Assembly (NCBI GenBank): GCA_045644125.1
Contig: JAZRGJ010000224.1
Span: 1-60,006 of the forward strand
Length of the DNA: 60,006 bases
Reading direction: 5' to 3'
Source of the DNA: Eubacteriales bacterium
GTDB lineage: Bacteria; Bacillota; Clostridia; Oscillospirales; CAG-272
Both the position numbers and the translations under genes were made by a program. Below are positions 36,489 to 44,657 of the stretch, in pieces. Position 1 is the first letter of the stretch. The number at the start of each line of letters is the position of its first letter. The notes beneath the pieces are model-generated. The model was given only the letters and a program-made list of their open reading frames with translations. It did not search any database and was not told the DNA's origin.

Positions 36489-36689
36489 TCAGCCCCTCTT
36501 GCGCCGTCTTCTGCGCGCGATTTTTCGGTTTTTCGTCAGGCGGGCATAGCTTAGCATGAGCTTTTCAAGCTCTTCGTTTATCTCATTTCTGCGATTTTCA
36601 AGAGCCTCAAGCGCCTCAGCCTTTTCGTCCTCCGTCATAACGGAAACGTCGTCAAGGTCGTCGTATTTTCTTTTTGAAAAAAGCGGCAA
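36489..36689 (-). CDS. Small hypothetical protein (66 aa, acidic coiled-coil N terminus, RRRRRKRG tail)
   Basis: TTG start with an AAGGAGG RBS. It lies 21 nt downstream of the 970-aa ORF in the same operon. Confidence 0.5.
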   Translation of the reverse strand: MPLFSKRKYDDLDDVSVMTEDEKAEALEALENRRNEINEELEKLMLSYARLTKNRKIARRRRRKRG

Positions 36690-36710
36690 TTTTTCGCCCT
36701 CCTTAATAGA

Positions 36711-39623
36711 TTAAAGAACCGATTTTAAGTAAAGATACGCTTTTCTGAAAAACTCGTTAACGGGCGCTTCGTAGCGCAGGTAAAATACCGCAAGCGTAAC
36801 GAGGGCGGCAAGGGTTAGAAGAATCCATGCCAGCTGGAATTTCAAGCTTCTTGCAACTACGGCGTAATGCTTCGCCTTTTTCAAAAAGCGGCGGTAATCC
36901 GCAAGATAGCGCTTTATGCTCTTTCTATTCTCCGAAATTTTAAGCTTCATATCTCGCTTTGCCTCGCCTCGAGGCTTGGTTTTGCGGAGCTTGTATTTAA
37001 GAGTTGCGATAAGCATTTCGGCGTCGATTATTTTGTTCACGCATCTTGCGAGCTTTTCTTTAATATCAAGCGGCACACGCTCGCCTATAACACGCATTTC
37101 ACTACGGAAAACAGCGGAGGTTTTTCTTGCGGCGCGTCTTTTTATTTTGCGCAATCTCTGATTCAATTTTCCGTCGCCGCCGCCTCTTATATCGCCCGAA
37201 TAAAGCTTTATAAGCTGCTCGTTTATCCTCTCCCTTTCCGAGAGAAGCGCATCAAGCGACATTGCGAGCGAATCAAGCTTATCGATTTTCGAGCGCTTCG
37301 TGATTCCGAGGGAATCGGCGCTGACGAGAAGCTGGGAATAATATCTTTCGGAATCGAGCTTTTCGTATTTTAACTCACGCTTTCTTTCTTTTTTAAGCTT
37401 TCTTATTTTCTCTTTTATAGCTCGGCGCTCTCTTTCCTTTTCCCTATAGCTTGGGTTGAATGAATAGTCAAGATAATCGAGCTCCGACTCAAGATTTATT
37501 CTGAGAGCTTCGCTTCTCGTTTTGAAAAACTCCGTATTTCTTTCGATTTTTTCTCTGTATTTTAAAAGCTCTTCTCCGTTTTTTGACGGCTTTTTGCGAT
37601 TTCGTCCGACAAAGCTCGCAATCCTCTTCTCTTCCCTTTTCGCCTCGCGCAAAAAGCGAAGCTGCTCTCGCCTTTTTTCACGGCGTGAGGCCTTTTGCGA
37701 ATAGACGAATGAAAATTCCTCGCCGTCATACTGCGGTATGATAATTTCTCCCTCACCCCTATAGGCAATAAGAGCTATCGGCGTGTATTTTGCGCCCGAA
37801 GCAATTTCGCCGGGGAGCGAAAGGCTCGCTTTTTTAAAGCTTTCGCCCGTGCGCGCCTCGTAATCCGAAAGTACGGAATTATATTCGTTTATCGCATCCG
37901 TCAAAAGACGCTTGCGGTATTTTTTTTCTTTCGCAAAATCTGCGCTAACGACGGCGTAAAGCGCCATTGCGCGCAAGTCAACGATATGTTTATTCAAATT
38001 CACCGTGTCGAGAAGCGCCTTGGTTTTATCCTCTACGGAGAGCTTTTTCATTGATTTCTGCGTTTTCAAAACAGCGCGTTCAAAGTCCTTAACTCGCCCG
38101 TCGCCCTCACGCAGATATTTCAAGAGCTCCCGCCTTCCGTAGACGGAAAAATCAAGCGCCGCAACCGCCGCCTCGTCAAAAAGAGGCGCAGCGTGTGTTG
38201 AAAAATCATTTTCGTTTTGATAAATTTCATAGCCCGAAAAAAGACTTTCCATTTTGCCTCGACGGATATGCATAGCCTCGTAGGCGGCAATCGCCTTTGC
38301 GTCCTCGTAGCTCTCGGAAATCAAGCCGTAATGCTCGGCGCTCTCGTCGTAATCAACGGGAAAATCCGAAAACTCGTCCGTAAATCCGTCAAAATCCACG
38401 CTTGCGTGGTCTGCGTCGGTATATCTTTCAAACTCGGTTGCCGCATGGTCTGCATCCGTGAAATCAGGGTAAGTATGAGCCACGTGGTCGGCGTCCGTAA
38501 AATCGGAGTATGTATGCGTTACGTGGTCTGCATCCGTCATGTCAGGGTAAGTGTGCGTTACGTGGTCTGCATCCGTCATGTCGGGGTAAGTATGCGCCGC
38601 ATGGTCTGCGTCCGTCATGTCTGGGTAAGTGTGCGCCACGTGGTCTGCATCCGTAAAGTCGGGATATGTATGCGCCGCATGGTCTGCGTCCGTCATGTCG
38701 GGGTAAGTGTGCGTTACGTGGTCTGCATCCGTCATGTCGGGGTATGTATGCGCCGCATGGTCTGCGTCCGTAAACGTTTCCGGCTCAAAAGAGGCAATAT
38801 CGCCGCTTTCCTCTCCGTCCGATTCAAAGGATTCCCTATGAAAATACGGGTATCTTACGGCTCTCGGAATACTTGCGCCGATAAAAGCCGCGCCGACGGA
38901 ATCCAAAGAAATCCCGTCGTTATTCTCCGCATCAAAAGGCGCTCCCACTTCGCCGAAAGTCAAGTCTTCCGCCTCTGCGGCTTGCATTGGGCGCATAATA
39001 AAACTGCGGATTTCGGGGCTATGGCCTGCGTCTTGCGGATGGATAAACACGCGCCCGTGGAAAACGGGAACTATTTTGATATTTATTCCCGTGGGCTTTA
39101 CAAGCTTGAAACGCGCGCTTTTTGTCAACGAAACTTTACTTTCCGTGACAGTTTCCGAGGCGGTTTTTTCTGAATTTTGCGACACGCCCTCTGCCGTTTC
39201 GATATTTTCTTCCCTCGGCGCAGGAGCGCTGCTCGCATCGCAGGAATCCTCGCTTTTTTTGGAAAGGCTTAAAAGAAGCGCCTCTCTTCTCAGGCGCCTC
39301 GCTTCGATTTCATCAAGCTCTTTTTTCAAAGCAGAGAGTCGCTCGTCTTTCGCCTTGACGTCGTCATTTTCAAGCTTCTGCTTTTCTTCCTTTTCACGAG
39401 GCGAAGAAGAGCTTGCCTTGCGCTTAAGCTTATTTCTGACGCTTGCCGCATAATTCAATTCGATTATGCGCTCCTCTGCTCTCGCCTCGGCCTTGGAAAG
39501 CTCACGGGCAAAGCTCTCGCGAAGCTTTGCTTCGGCGCTTTTTGCATCATTCGACCAAGAAGAATCGGCGCCGATAAGAGAATTATTCAGTTTTTGAGTC
39601 TTATCTTCACCGATATTTGCCAA
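36711..39623 (-). CDS. Tail-anchored 970-aa coiled-coil protein with TDADHxxHTYPD(M/F) tandem repeats
   Basis: TTG start at 39623 with a GAGGAG RBS inside the CBS gene end. It has Lys/Glu/Arg-rich coiled-coil stretches and a single C-terminal TM segment (FQLAWILLTLAALVTLAVFYL). No family was recognised. Confidence 0.75.
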   Translation of the reverse strand: MANIGEDKTQKLNNSLIGADSSWSNDAKSAEAKLRESFARELSKAEARAEERIIELNYAASVRNKLKRKASSSSPREKEEKQKLENDDVKAKDERLSALKKELDEIEARRLRREALLLSLSKKSEDSCDASSAPAPREENIETAEGVSQNSEKTASETVTESKVSLTKSARFKLVKPTGINIKIVPVFHGRVFIHPQDAGHSPEIRSFIMRPMQAAEAEDLTFGEVGAPFDAENNDGISLDSVGAAFIGASIPRAVRYPYFHRESFESDGEESGDIASFEPETFTDADHAAHTYPDMTDADHVTHTYPDMTDADHAAHTYPDFTDADHVAHTYPDMTDADHAAHTYPDMTDADHVTHTYPDMTDADHVTHTYSDFTDADHVAHTYPDFTDADHAATEFERYTDADHASVDFDGFTDEFSDFPVDYDESAEHYGLISESYEDAKAIAAYEAMHIRRGKMESLFSGYEIYQNENDFSTHAAPLFDEAAVAALDFSVYGRRELLKYLREGDGRVKDFERAVLKTQKSMKKLSVEDKTKALLDTVNLNKHIVDLRAMALYAVVSADFAKEKKYRKRLLTDAINEYNSVLSDYEARTGESFKKASLSLPGEIASGAKYTPIALIAYRGEGEIIIPQYDGEEFSFVYSQKASRREKRREQLRFLREAKREEKRIASFVGRNRKKPSKNGEELLKYREKIERNTEFFKTRSEALRINLESELDYLDYSFNPSYREKERERRAIKEKIRKLKKERKRELKYEKLDSERYYSQLLVSADSLGITKRSKIDKLDSLAMSLDALLSERERINEQLIKLYSGDIRGGGDGKLNQRLRKIKRRAARKTSAVFRSEMRVIGERVPLDIKEKLARCVNKIIDAEMLIATLKYKLRKTKPRGEAKRDMKLKISENRKSIKRYLADYRRFLKKAKHYAVVARSLKFQLAWILLTLAALVTLAVFYLRYEAPVNEFFRKAYLYLKSVL
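38382..38772 (-). repeat. Ten in-frame 39-bp tandem repeats (8 near-perfect, 2 degenerate)
   Basis: The TGGTC(T/G)GC anchor recurs at 38407, 38446, 38485, 38524, 38563, 38602, 38641, 38680, 38719 and 38758, an exact 39-bp period. The repeats encode TDADH(A/V)(A/T)HTYPD(M/F). Confidence 0.95.
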
Positions 39624-39625
39624 GC

Positions 39626-40045
39626 TTACTCCTCGCTTTCTTTAGCCTTGTAGTAATTTATAAGAAAATCAAGCACGTCACGTCTTAAAACGAGCCCTAT
39701 AAAGCAATTTCTGTCGTCAACGACGGGGGCAAAGTTATGCTCCGACGCCATCTCAAGAAGCTCGTCAACGCTTGCGCTGTGAGGGAGGGGCTTAAGATGC
39801 TCTCTGTCAAGAATCTTCACAACCCGATCGCCCTCCGCCGCGCGCGCGCTGTATTTTTTATTATCAACGAAATACTTGAATATATCCTCGCTCCTGAGCG
39901 TGCCGACGTAGACGCCCTCCTCCGAAATTACGGGTATTGCGGCATAGCGATGGTAACGCATTTTTTCAAGAGCCTGACGCACGGTGCTTGTATCGTAAAT
40001 AAACTCAACCGAGCTTTTAGGTCTTATGAAGCGAAAAATATTCAT
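39626..40045 (-). CDS. CBS-domain pair protein
   Basis: 139 aa. IPVISEEGVYVGTLRSEDI and APVVDDRNCFIGLVLRRDVL are typical tandem CBS motifs. Confidence 0.8.
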   Translation of the reverse strand: MNIFRFIRPKSSVEFIYDTSTVRQALEKMRYHRYAAIPVISEEGVYVGTLRSEDIFKYFVDNKKYSARAAEGDRVVKILDREHLKPLPHSASVDELLEMASEHNFAPVVDDRNCFIGLVLRRDVLDFLINYYKAKESEE

Positions 40046-40066
40046 CGTTTTCTCCTTAAATTTTTA

Positions 40067-40909
40067 TCAAAGTCCCGAAAGAGCCGTGCCTATTACGGTC
40101 GAAAATCTTGAATTATCGGGTATTATAAAGTTCACTCCGTAATTTTCATGAAGTGAGTTAAGCTCACGGAATTTCGCCTCGCAATGCGGGAAGCGTGTTA
40201 AATTTCCCGTCAAAACTATGTTGGGAACACCCGCCTCGTGAGCGGCAAAAACGGAAACCATTCCTATAGTTTCAAAAACCATATTCAAAATTCCGAGCGC
40301 AACGTCCTCTTTCGTCGCAATATCCGAAACGTTACCGAAATTCGAAGCGGTAAGGTCACGGGAAAGACGGGTGAGATTATCGCGTGAGGTAAGGTCGCCT
40401 ATTCTTAAATCGATTTTAGAAAGGTCGCCAGTTTCGGCGTAGCTCGCTATATGCTCGATGCTTTCAGCCTGCAAAAGAAGCTTTGAGAGGCCCATGATAG
40501 TGCCGCCTCCGACTCCCGTACCGCCAAGATACTTCATCTCGCCGTTTTTCTTTGCGTGAACGAGAGCCGTTCCCGTTCCCATGCTAACGACGAGCGCCTC
40601 GTCAAGCCCCGAAAGGTAAAGGCCGCCTCTGCCTATCGAGTGAAATTCGGGCACGTGAAGACATTCAAGACCGTAAAGGTCACGCTTCACGTAAGACGAG
40701 CCGACGCCCGTCATCATAACCTTTTCAACGTCGGATATGGCGAGTCTGTTTTCGTCCGTAAACTTGCCGAAAGCTCCGTAGCACGCCGTCACGGGATCGT
40801 TTGCCCTTACGAACTGCGGCTCAATCAAGCTTATTTTTCCGTCGTTCTTTGAAAATCCTACTATTTTCGTCGTGCTCCCGCCGACGTCAATTCCTATTAC
40901 AACGCTCAT
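40067..40909 (-). CDS. coaW: Type II pantothenate kinase
   Basis: VIGIDVGGSTTKIVGF, SMGTGT and YLGGTGVGGGTIMGLSKLL form the ASKHA fold with the GGTxxGGGTxxGL signature of type II PanK. Confidence 0.7.
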   Translation of the reverse strand: MSVVIGIDVGGSTTKIVGFSKNDGKISLIEPQFVRANDPVTACYGAFGKFTDENRLAISDVEKVMMTGVGSSYVKRDLYGLECLHVPEFHSIGRGGLYLSGLDEALVVSMGTGTALVHAKKNGEMKYLGGTGVGGGTIMGLSKLLLQAESIEHIASYAETGDLSKIDLRIGDLTSRDNLTRLSRDLTASNFGNVSDIATKEDVALGILNMVFETIGMVSVFAAHEAGVPNIVLTGNLTRFPHCEAKFRELNSLHENYGVNFIIPDNSRFSTVIGTALSGL

Positions 40910-40943
40910 TTTTTCTCCTTAAATTTCAGCTGAAAGCTTATCT

Positions 40944-42551
40944 TTAAATTGAAGCCTTGCCCGTAAGCTTTTCGTAGGAAAGGCCGTATTTATCCGCAAT
41001 ATCCTTTGCGTACGACTTTCCGTCGGGCTTCATTCTGTGAATTTTAAACGATCTTTCGCCCTCTTCCATTCCCGCAACGAGAGTGTCAACCATAACGCCG
41101 CCCTCTCTTATCGAAACGAGATTTATCTCGGGCACGGACGCCGCAAGCTCGTGCAAGTGGGTTGAGAATATTCCCCTTGCGCCTATAACCGCAAAGCTCT
41201 TCAATATCTCCGAGGCGATATACGACGCCTCGTAAGCTCCCGTTGACGAAAGCGACTCGTCAAGAAGAATCAGGCTGTTTTCCGTCACGGAGTCGAAAAT
41301 CTCACGAAGACGGGCGCACTCCTCGCCAAGACGGCCCTTATCGATAGTATCGTCTGCGCCCTCGGGGAAATGCGTGAAAATTCCGTCAACGGGTGATATT
41401 TCCGCATACTCGCAAGGCACGGGAAGTCCAAGCTGGCAAAGAGCGACGGCAGCGCCGAGCGCCACGGTTATAACGGATTTGCCGCCACGGTTGGGGCCCG
41501 TTAAAACGTATATTGTCGCGCGCTCGTCAAATACGAGGTCGTTGGTTATTATTTTTTCCGTAATCGCAAGCGCAACGCGCGGATTATAAAGCGACTTGGA
41601 AACGAAAACCTTATCTTCAAGCGGGCGCACCCTCGGCATAGTGACGGAGCAGCCCTCGTGAGTTGCAAGCCGTGTTATAAGGTCGGAAGCTCTGGAGATA
41701 AACTCGATTTCGGGAAGAAGCCTTAAGAGGAAATCGGAGTTGTCTATAACGTAATCTCCGACAATCGAGCGCCAGCCCTTAACCGACGAGCGAAAAACGT
41801 CTTCGATTGCGGAATTGAAAGCGCCGACGAGCGCCTCCTGCTTATTCTCGCTCTGCCCCTTTCCGAAAGGCGAAAGCTCCGCAATGCACGTAAATGCGTC
41901 GTTTTTAAACGAAAATCTTAAAATTTTATCAAGAAGCTTTCCCGATTTAAAAGGCTCTGCGTTAATTGAGATAACGCCCGCGCTGGACGGCCTTAAATCT
42001 CTGTCAAGGTTAACGCCCACCGTAATGCTCTTTACCTCGTGCACACGGGAGGCAAGCGCCTCAAGCCTTTCGTTAAGCTCCTTATAGAAATCGGAATCGC
42101 AAAGCTCGAAAACGAAATCGGAAAGAGCGGTAAAAGCTTCGCTTTTAATTTTTTCTCTTATCGGCATGAAGCCTTCCTTAAGCGCTTCAACCGCAGAAAC
42201 GTAAAGCTCGATTTCCGTGATACTGTAAAGGTAAGATTCACCGGGATTCGAGCCCTCGGAATCGAGGCGGCGAAGCTCCACTATATCGTCAAGTATCGGA
42301 TATATTTTTGAAAGCGTTTCCTTTATCTCTTCATTCACGAGCATATCCGCAATAGCGCGCTGGCGGTATTTTATTACCTCAACGTCTTTCGTGAAGTAAT
42401 CCGTAAGAGAGCTGTTTTTAAGCTCGAAAATTTCGTTAAGTCCAAGCTCGTCGCAAACCTCTTCCGTAATCTTCGGCAAATTATTTCTGTCAGAATGAAA
42501 TATCTGGGATTCTTCATTCGGATAAAGCAAGCTTATAAATTTCTCTTTCAT
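40944..42551 (-). CDS. MutS-related ATPase (core plus domain V only, no mismatch-binding domain)
   Basis: LTGPNRGGKSV (Walker A), LILLDESLSSTG (Walker B) and FSTHLHELA are present. At 535 aa there is no room for MutS domains I and II. Confidence 0.8.
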   Translation of the reverse strand: MKEKFISLLYPNEESQIFHSDRNNLPKITEEVCDELGLNEIFELKNSSLTDYFTKDVEVIKYRQRAIADMLVNEEIKETLSKIYPILDDIVELRRLDSEGSNPGESYLYSITEIELYVSAVEALKEGFMPIREKIKSEAFTALSDFVFELCDSDFYKELNERLEALASRVHEVKSITVGVNLDRDLRPSSAGVISINAEPFKSGKLLDKILRFSFKNDAFTCIAELSPFGKGQSENKQEALVGAFNSAIEDVFRSSVKGWRSIVGDYVIDNSDFLLRLLPEIEFISRASDLITRLATHEGCSVTMPRVRPLEDKVFVSKSLYNPRVALAITEKIITNDLVFDERATIYVLTGPNRGGKSVITVALGAAVALCQLGLPVPCEYAEISPVDGIFTHFPEGADDTIDKGRLGEECARLREIFDSVTENSLILLDESLSSTGAYEASYIASEILKSFAVIGARGIFSTHLHELAASVPEINLVSIREGGVMVDTLVAGMEEGERSFKIHRMKPDGKSYAKDIADKYGLSYEKLTGKASI

Positions 42552-42584
42552 AGGGAACTCCCGTATATATATTTATTCATAATA

Positions 42585-42613
42585 ATTATAGCACAAAAGG
42601 CGCACGTGCGCAA
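42585..42613 (-). promoter_or_regulatory. Sigma-70 promoter of the mutS-like operon with an overlapping 12-bp palindrome
   Basis: The minus strand reads TTGCGC-17 nt-TATAAT (TGC extended -10). The perfect palindrome GCGCACGTGCGC (42600-42611) covers the -35. Confidence 0.55.
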
Positions 42614-42667
42614 TAGTTTTAAAATAAAATTTATTTTAGCCGCAAAGAACGCCCCTTTCGTATTGGT

Positions 42668-42775
42668 ATTTCCCCACTTTTATTCGCTATATTCACACTT
42701 TTCGGGATTTAATTCTCCACTTTCTCGAATTAAATTCAGGCGAATCAAGCTCAGATTCCCCACTTTTCCGCAATT
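42668..42775 (+). repeat. Four phased direct repeats ATTCYCCACTTTY
   Basis: The CACTTT cores start at 42675, 42696, 42718 and 42761, giving spacings of 21, 22 and 43 bp. Three copies are good (TTTCCCCACTTTT, ATTCTCCACTTTC, ATTCCCCACTTTT) and one is degenerate (ATTCACACTTTT). Confidence 0.8.
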
Positions 42776-42961
42776 TCAAAATTCGCCCGCCACGCCTCTT
42801 GTGTAAAATGCACAAAAATCGCCCGTTTTCCGCAATCTTTTTTGGAGGGGTACTATACTTACAAGCGACGGGCGGGGTGCTAAAATGGACTTACCGAGGG
42901 CAGTGAGCCGGTCGCAACCCGGGGCGGCGGCGCTCGGAATAATCGAAAGCGAGGCATTTTT

Positions 42962-43303
42962 TTGAAGAAAAAAAGCATTTACAGAAAGGATTTCCCCCAC
43001 AAGCTGTATATTTTCTTCGTAAATTACAATGAAAATACGGGAGCGCCGAGTTTCTTGAAATTCGCAAGAAGCATCGGTGTCACCACCGAAGACGTCGAAG
43101 CCTTCAGAGAGCATAAAGAATTTGACAGAGCCTACCGCGAATGTGTGGAAATCAGGAGGGATTACCTCATAGATAACGCTCTTTCCAAGAGATTCGACTC
43201 ATCATTCACTAAATTTCTTTTAACGGAAGAAAACGAAGAAAGCGACGAGCTTGACGGAAAAATCAACTTTACCCTAAAGGTGCTTGACGAAAGTGGAGCT
43301 TAA
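42962..43303 (+). CDS. terS: Terminase small subunit (gp3-packaging-like)
   Basis: APSFLKFARSIGVTTEDVEAFREHKEFDRAYRECVEIRRDYLIDNAL...FLL is the typical HTH-containing TerS layout. It has a TTG start and sits immediately upstream of terL. Confidence 0.65.
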   Translation: MKKKSIYRKDFPHKLYIFFVNYNENTGAPSFLKFARSIGVTTEDVEAFREHKEFDRAYRECVEIRRDYLIDNALSKRFDSSFTKFLLTEENEESDELDGKINFTLKVLDESGA

Positions 43304-44657
43304 AATCAGCGTAACGAAAAAGCAAAAAAGCTTTATCGACGCAAACGAAAGCGAGGTTCTTTTCGGAGGAGCGGCGGGCGGCGGAAAATCGTACGGACAG
43401 ATAGTTGACGCCCTTATTTTCGCCCTCAGATACCCCGCATCGAAGCAGCTTATATTAAGGCGCACCTTCTCGGAGCTTGACAAATCCCTGATAAGAACAA
43501 GCCTTGCCCTTTTCCCGAAAGATATTTACAGCTTCAACGCATCCACCCATACGGGAAAATTCAAAAACGCATCGATTATAGATTTCGGCTACTGCGGCAC
43601 TGAAAACGACGTCTATCAGTATCAAAGCGCAGAGTACGACCTCATCCGCTTCGATGAATTGACTCACTTCACCGAGGCGCAATATATATACCTCATCTCA
43701 CGCGTCAGGGGAGCTAACGGCTACCCTAAGCAAATCAAATCCACGACCAACCCCGGCGGCGTCGGTCACTCTTGGGTAAAAGCAAGATTTATAGATCCCT
43801 CGCCGCCCGGGGAAAGCTTCAGAGGAGAGGACGGAATGAGAAGAATTTTCATCCCCTCGTCCCTTGACGACAACCTCTTCCTTAAAGCGAAAGACCCCGC
43901 CTACCGAGAGAGGCTCGCGGCTCTGCCCGAAAGAGAAAGGCGAGCTTTGCTTTTCGGCGATTGGAATATTTTCGAGGGGCAGTATTTTACGGAATTTTCG
44001 GAAAAAGAGCACGTGTGCGCGCCATTTGAAATACCGAAGTCATGGAGGAAATACAGGGCGATAGACTACGGCCTTGACAGACTCGTTTGCCTTTGGATAG
44101 CCATTTCCCCCGAAAGAAAGGTTTACGTTTACCGTGAATTCGCAGAATCGGGGCTTCCCATAAGCCTTGCGGCGAAGGGAATCTCGGAAAGGACGCCCGT
44201 CGGCGAGGATATTTACGCAACGCTCGCCCCGCCGGACCTTTGGTCACGAAGTCAGGAGAGCGGAAGAAGCAAGGCGACTATCTTTTCCGAGTTCGGCGTA
44301 AATTTCACGAAAACCTCGAACGACAGAGAGGCAGGCTGGCTTGCGATAAAAGAGCTTTTATGCGACACGGGTCGGGGCGCGGCGCTGAAAATCTTCTCAA
44401 ATTGCCGTGAAATCATAAAATGCCTCCCCTCGCTCACCGTCGATCCCATTCGCCCGACGGACACGAGAAGCGAGCCGCACGAGCTGACTCACGCGCCCGA
44501 CGCTCTGCGAGCATTCGCCATCTTCCACACCCGCCCGGCAGAAGAAGTTTACAAGCCTAAACTTGCGCTATGGTCAAACGATATGTGGGAGGATTACGAC
44601 GCGGCGAGTGACGAGGAGAAACACTATTTAAAACGCAAATACGGAGAACCAATGTGA
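43284..44657 (+). CDS. terL: Terminase large subunit
   Basis: Walker A FGGAAGGGKS, Walker B-like LIRFDELTH, then the LLFGDW and nuclease-half motifs (AIDYG..., THAPDALR). The start is TTG at 43284 or GTG at 43293, overlapping the terS end. Confidence 0.85.
   Translation: MTKVELKISVTKKQKSFIDANESEVLFGGAAGGGKSYGQIVDALIFALRYPASKQLILRRTFSELDKSLIRTSLALFPKDIYSFNASTHTGKFKNASIIDFGYCGTENDVYQYQSAEYDLIRFDELTHFTEAQYIYLISRVRGANGYPKQIKSTTNPGGVGHSWVKARFIDPSPPGESFRGEDGMRRIFIPSSLDDNLFLKAKDPAYRERLAALPERERRALLFGDWNIFEGQYFTEFSEKEHVCAPFEIPKSWRKYRAIDYGLDRLVCLWIAISPERKVYVYREFAESGLPISLAAKGISERTPVGEDIYATLAPPDLWSRSQESGRSKATIFSEFGVNFTKTSNDREAGWLAIKELLCDTGRGAALKIFSNCREIIKCLPSLTVDPIRPTDTRSEPHELTHAPDALRAFAIFHTRPAEEVYKPKLALWSNDMWEDYDAASDEEKHYLKRKYGEPM

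Noticed and set aside
38382-38772. The 39-bp repeat array considered as a CRISPR-like array
   Set aside because: The units are contiguous with no spacers, are in frame inside a long ORF, and no cas genes are in the window.
38217-39173. 318-aa plus-strand ORF with repetitive CIRHVGVS(M/V)R units
   Set aside because: It is the antisense reading of the 39-bp repeat array. The minus-strand ORF is continuous for 970 aa and has an RBS and operon context.
42620-42635. AT-rich near-repeat TAAAATAAA(A)TTTAT flanking the cassette (42620-42635 and 55631-44), and CC(C)ACTTTTATT versus CCACCCTTTTATT (42674 and 55597), considered as attL/attR
   Set aside because: They are short, imperfect and AT-rich. 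Exact matches of 12 nt or shorter are expected by chance many times in 60 kb. The right-hand copy coincides with the helicase -10 region. No integrase is present.
42840-42960. GC-rich ~120-nt segment considered as a tRNA, tmRNA or known riboswitch (a possible integration target)
   Set aside because: No cloverleaf could be drawn. The T-loop-like CCGG-TCGCAAC-CCGG does not fit the TTCRANY consensus on either strand. No recognisable riboswitch core was seen. It is kept only as a structured leader; an Rfam scan would be needed.
42776-43114. 112-aa minus-strand ORF spanning the GC-rich leader and the terS start
   Set aside because: It overlaps the terS coding region and leader on the opposite strand. 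It has no RBS, and its sequence is composition-driven (Ala/Pro/Gly-rich from the GC-rich leader).
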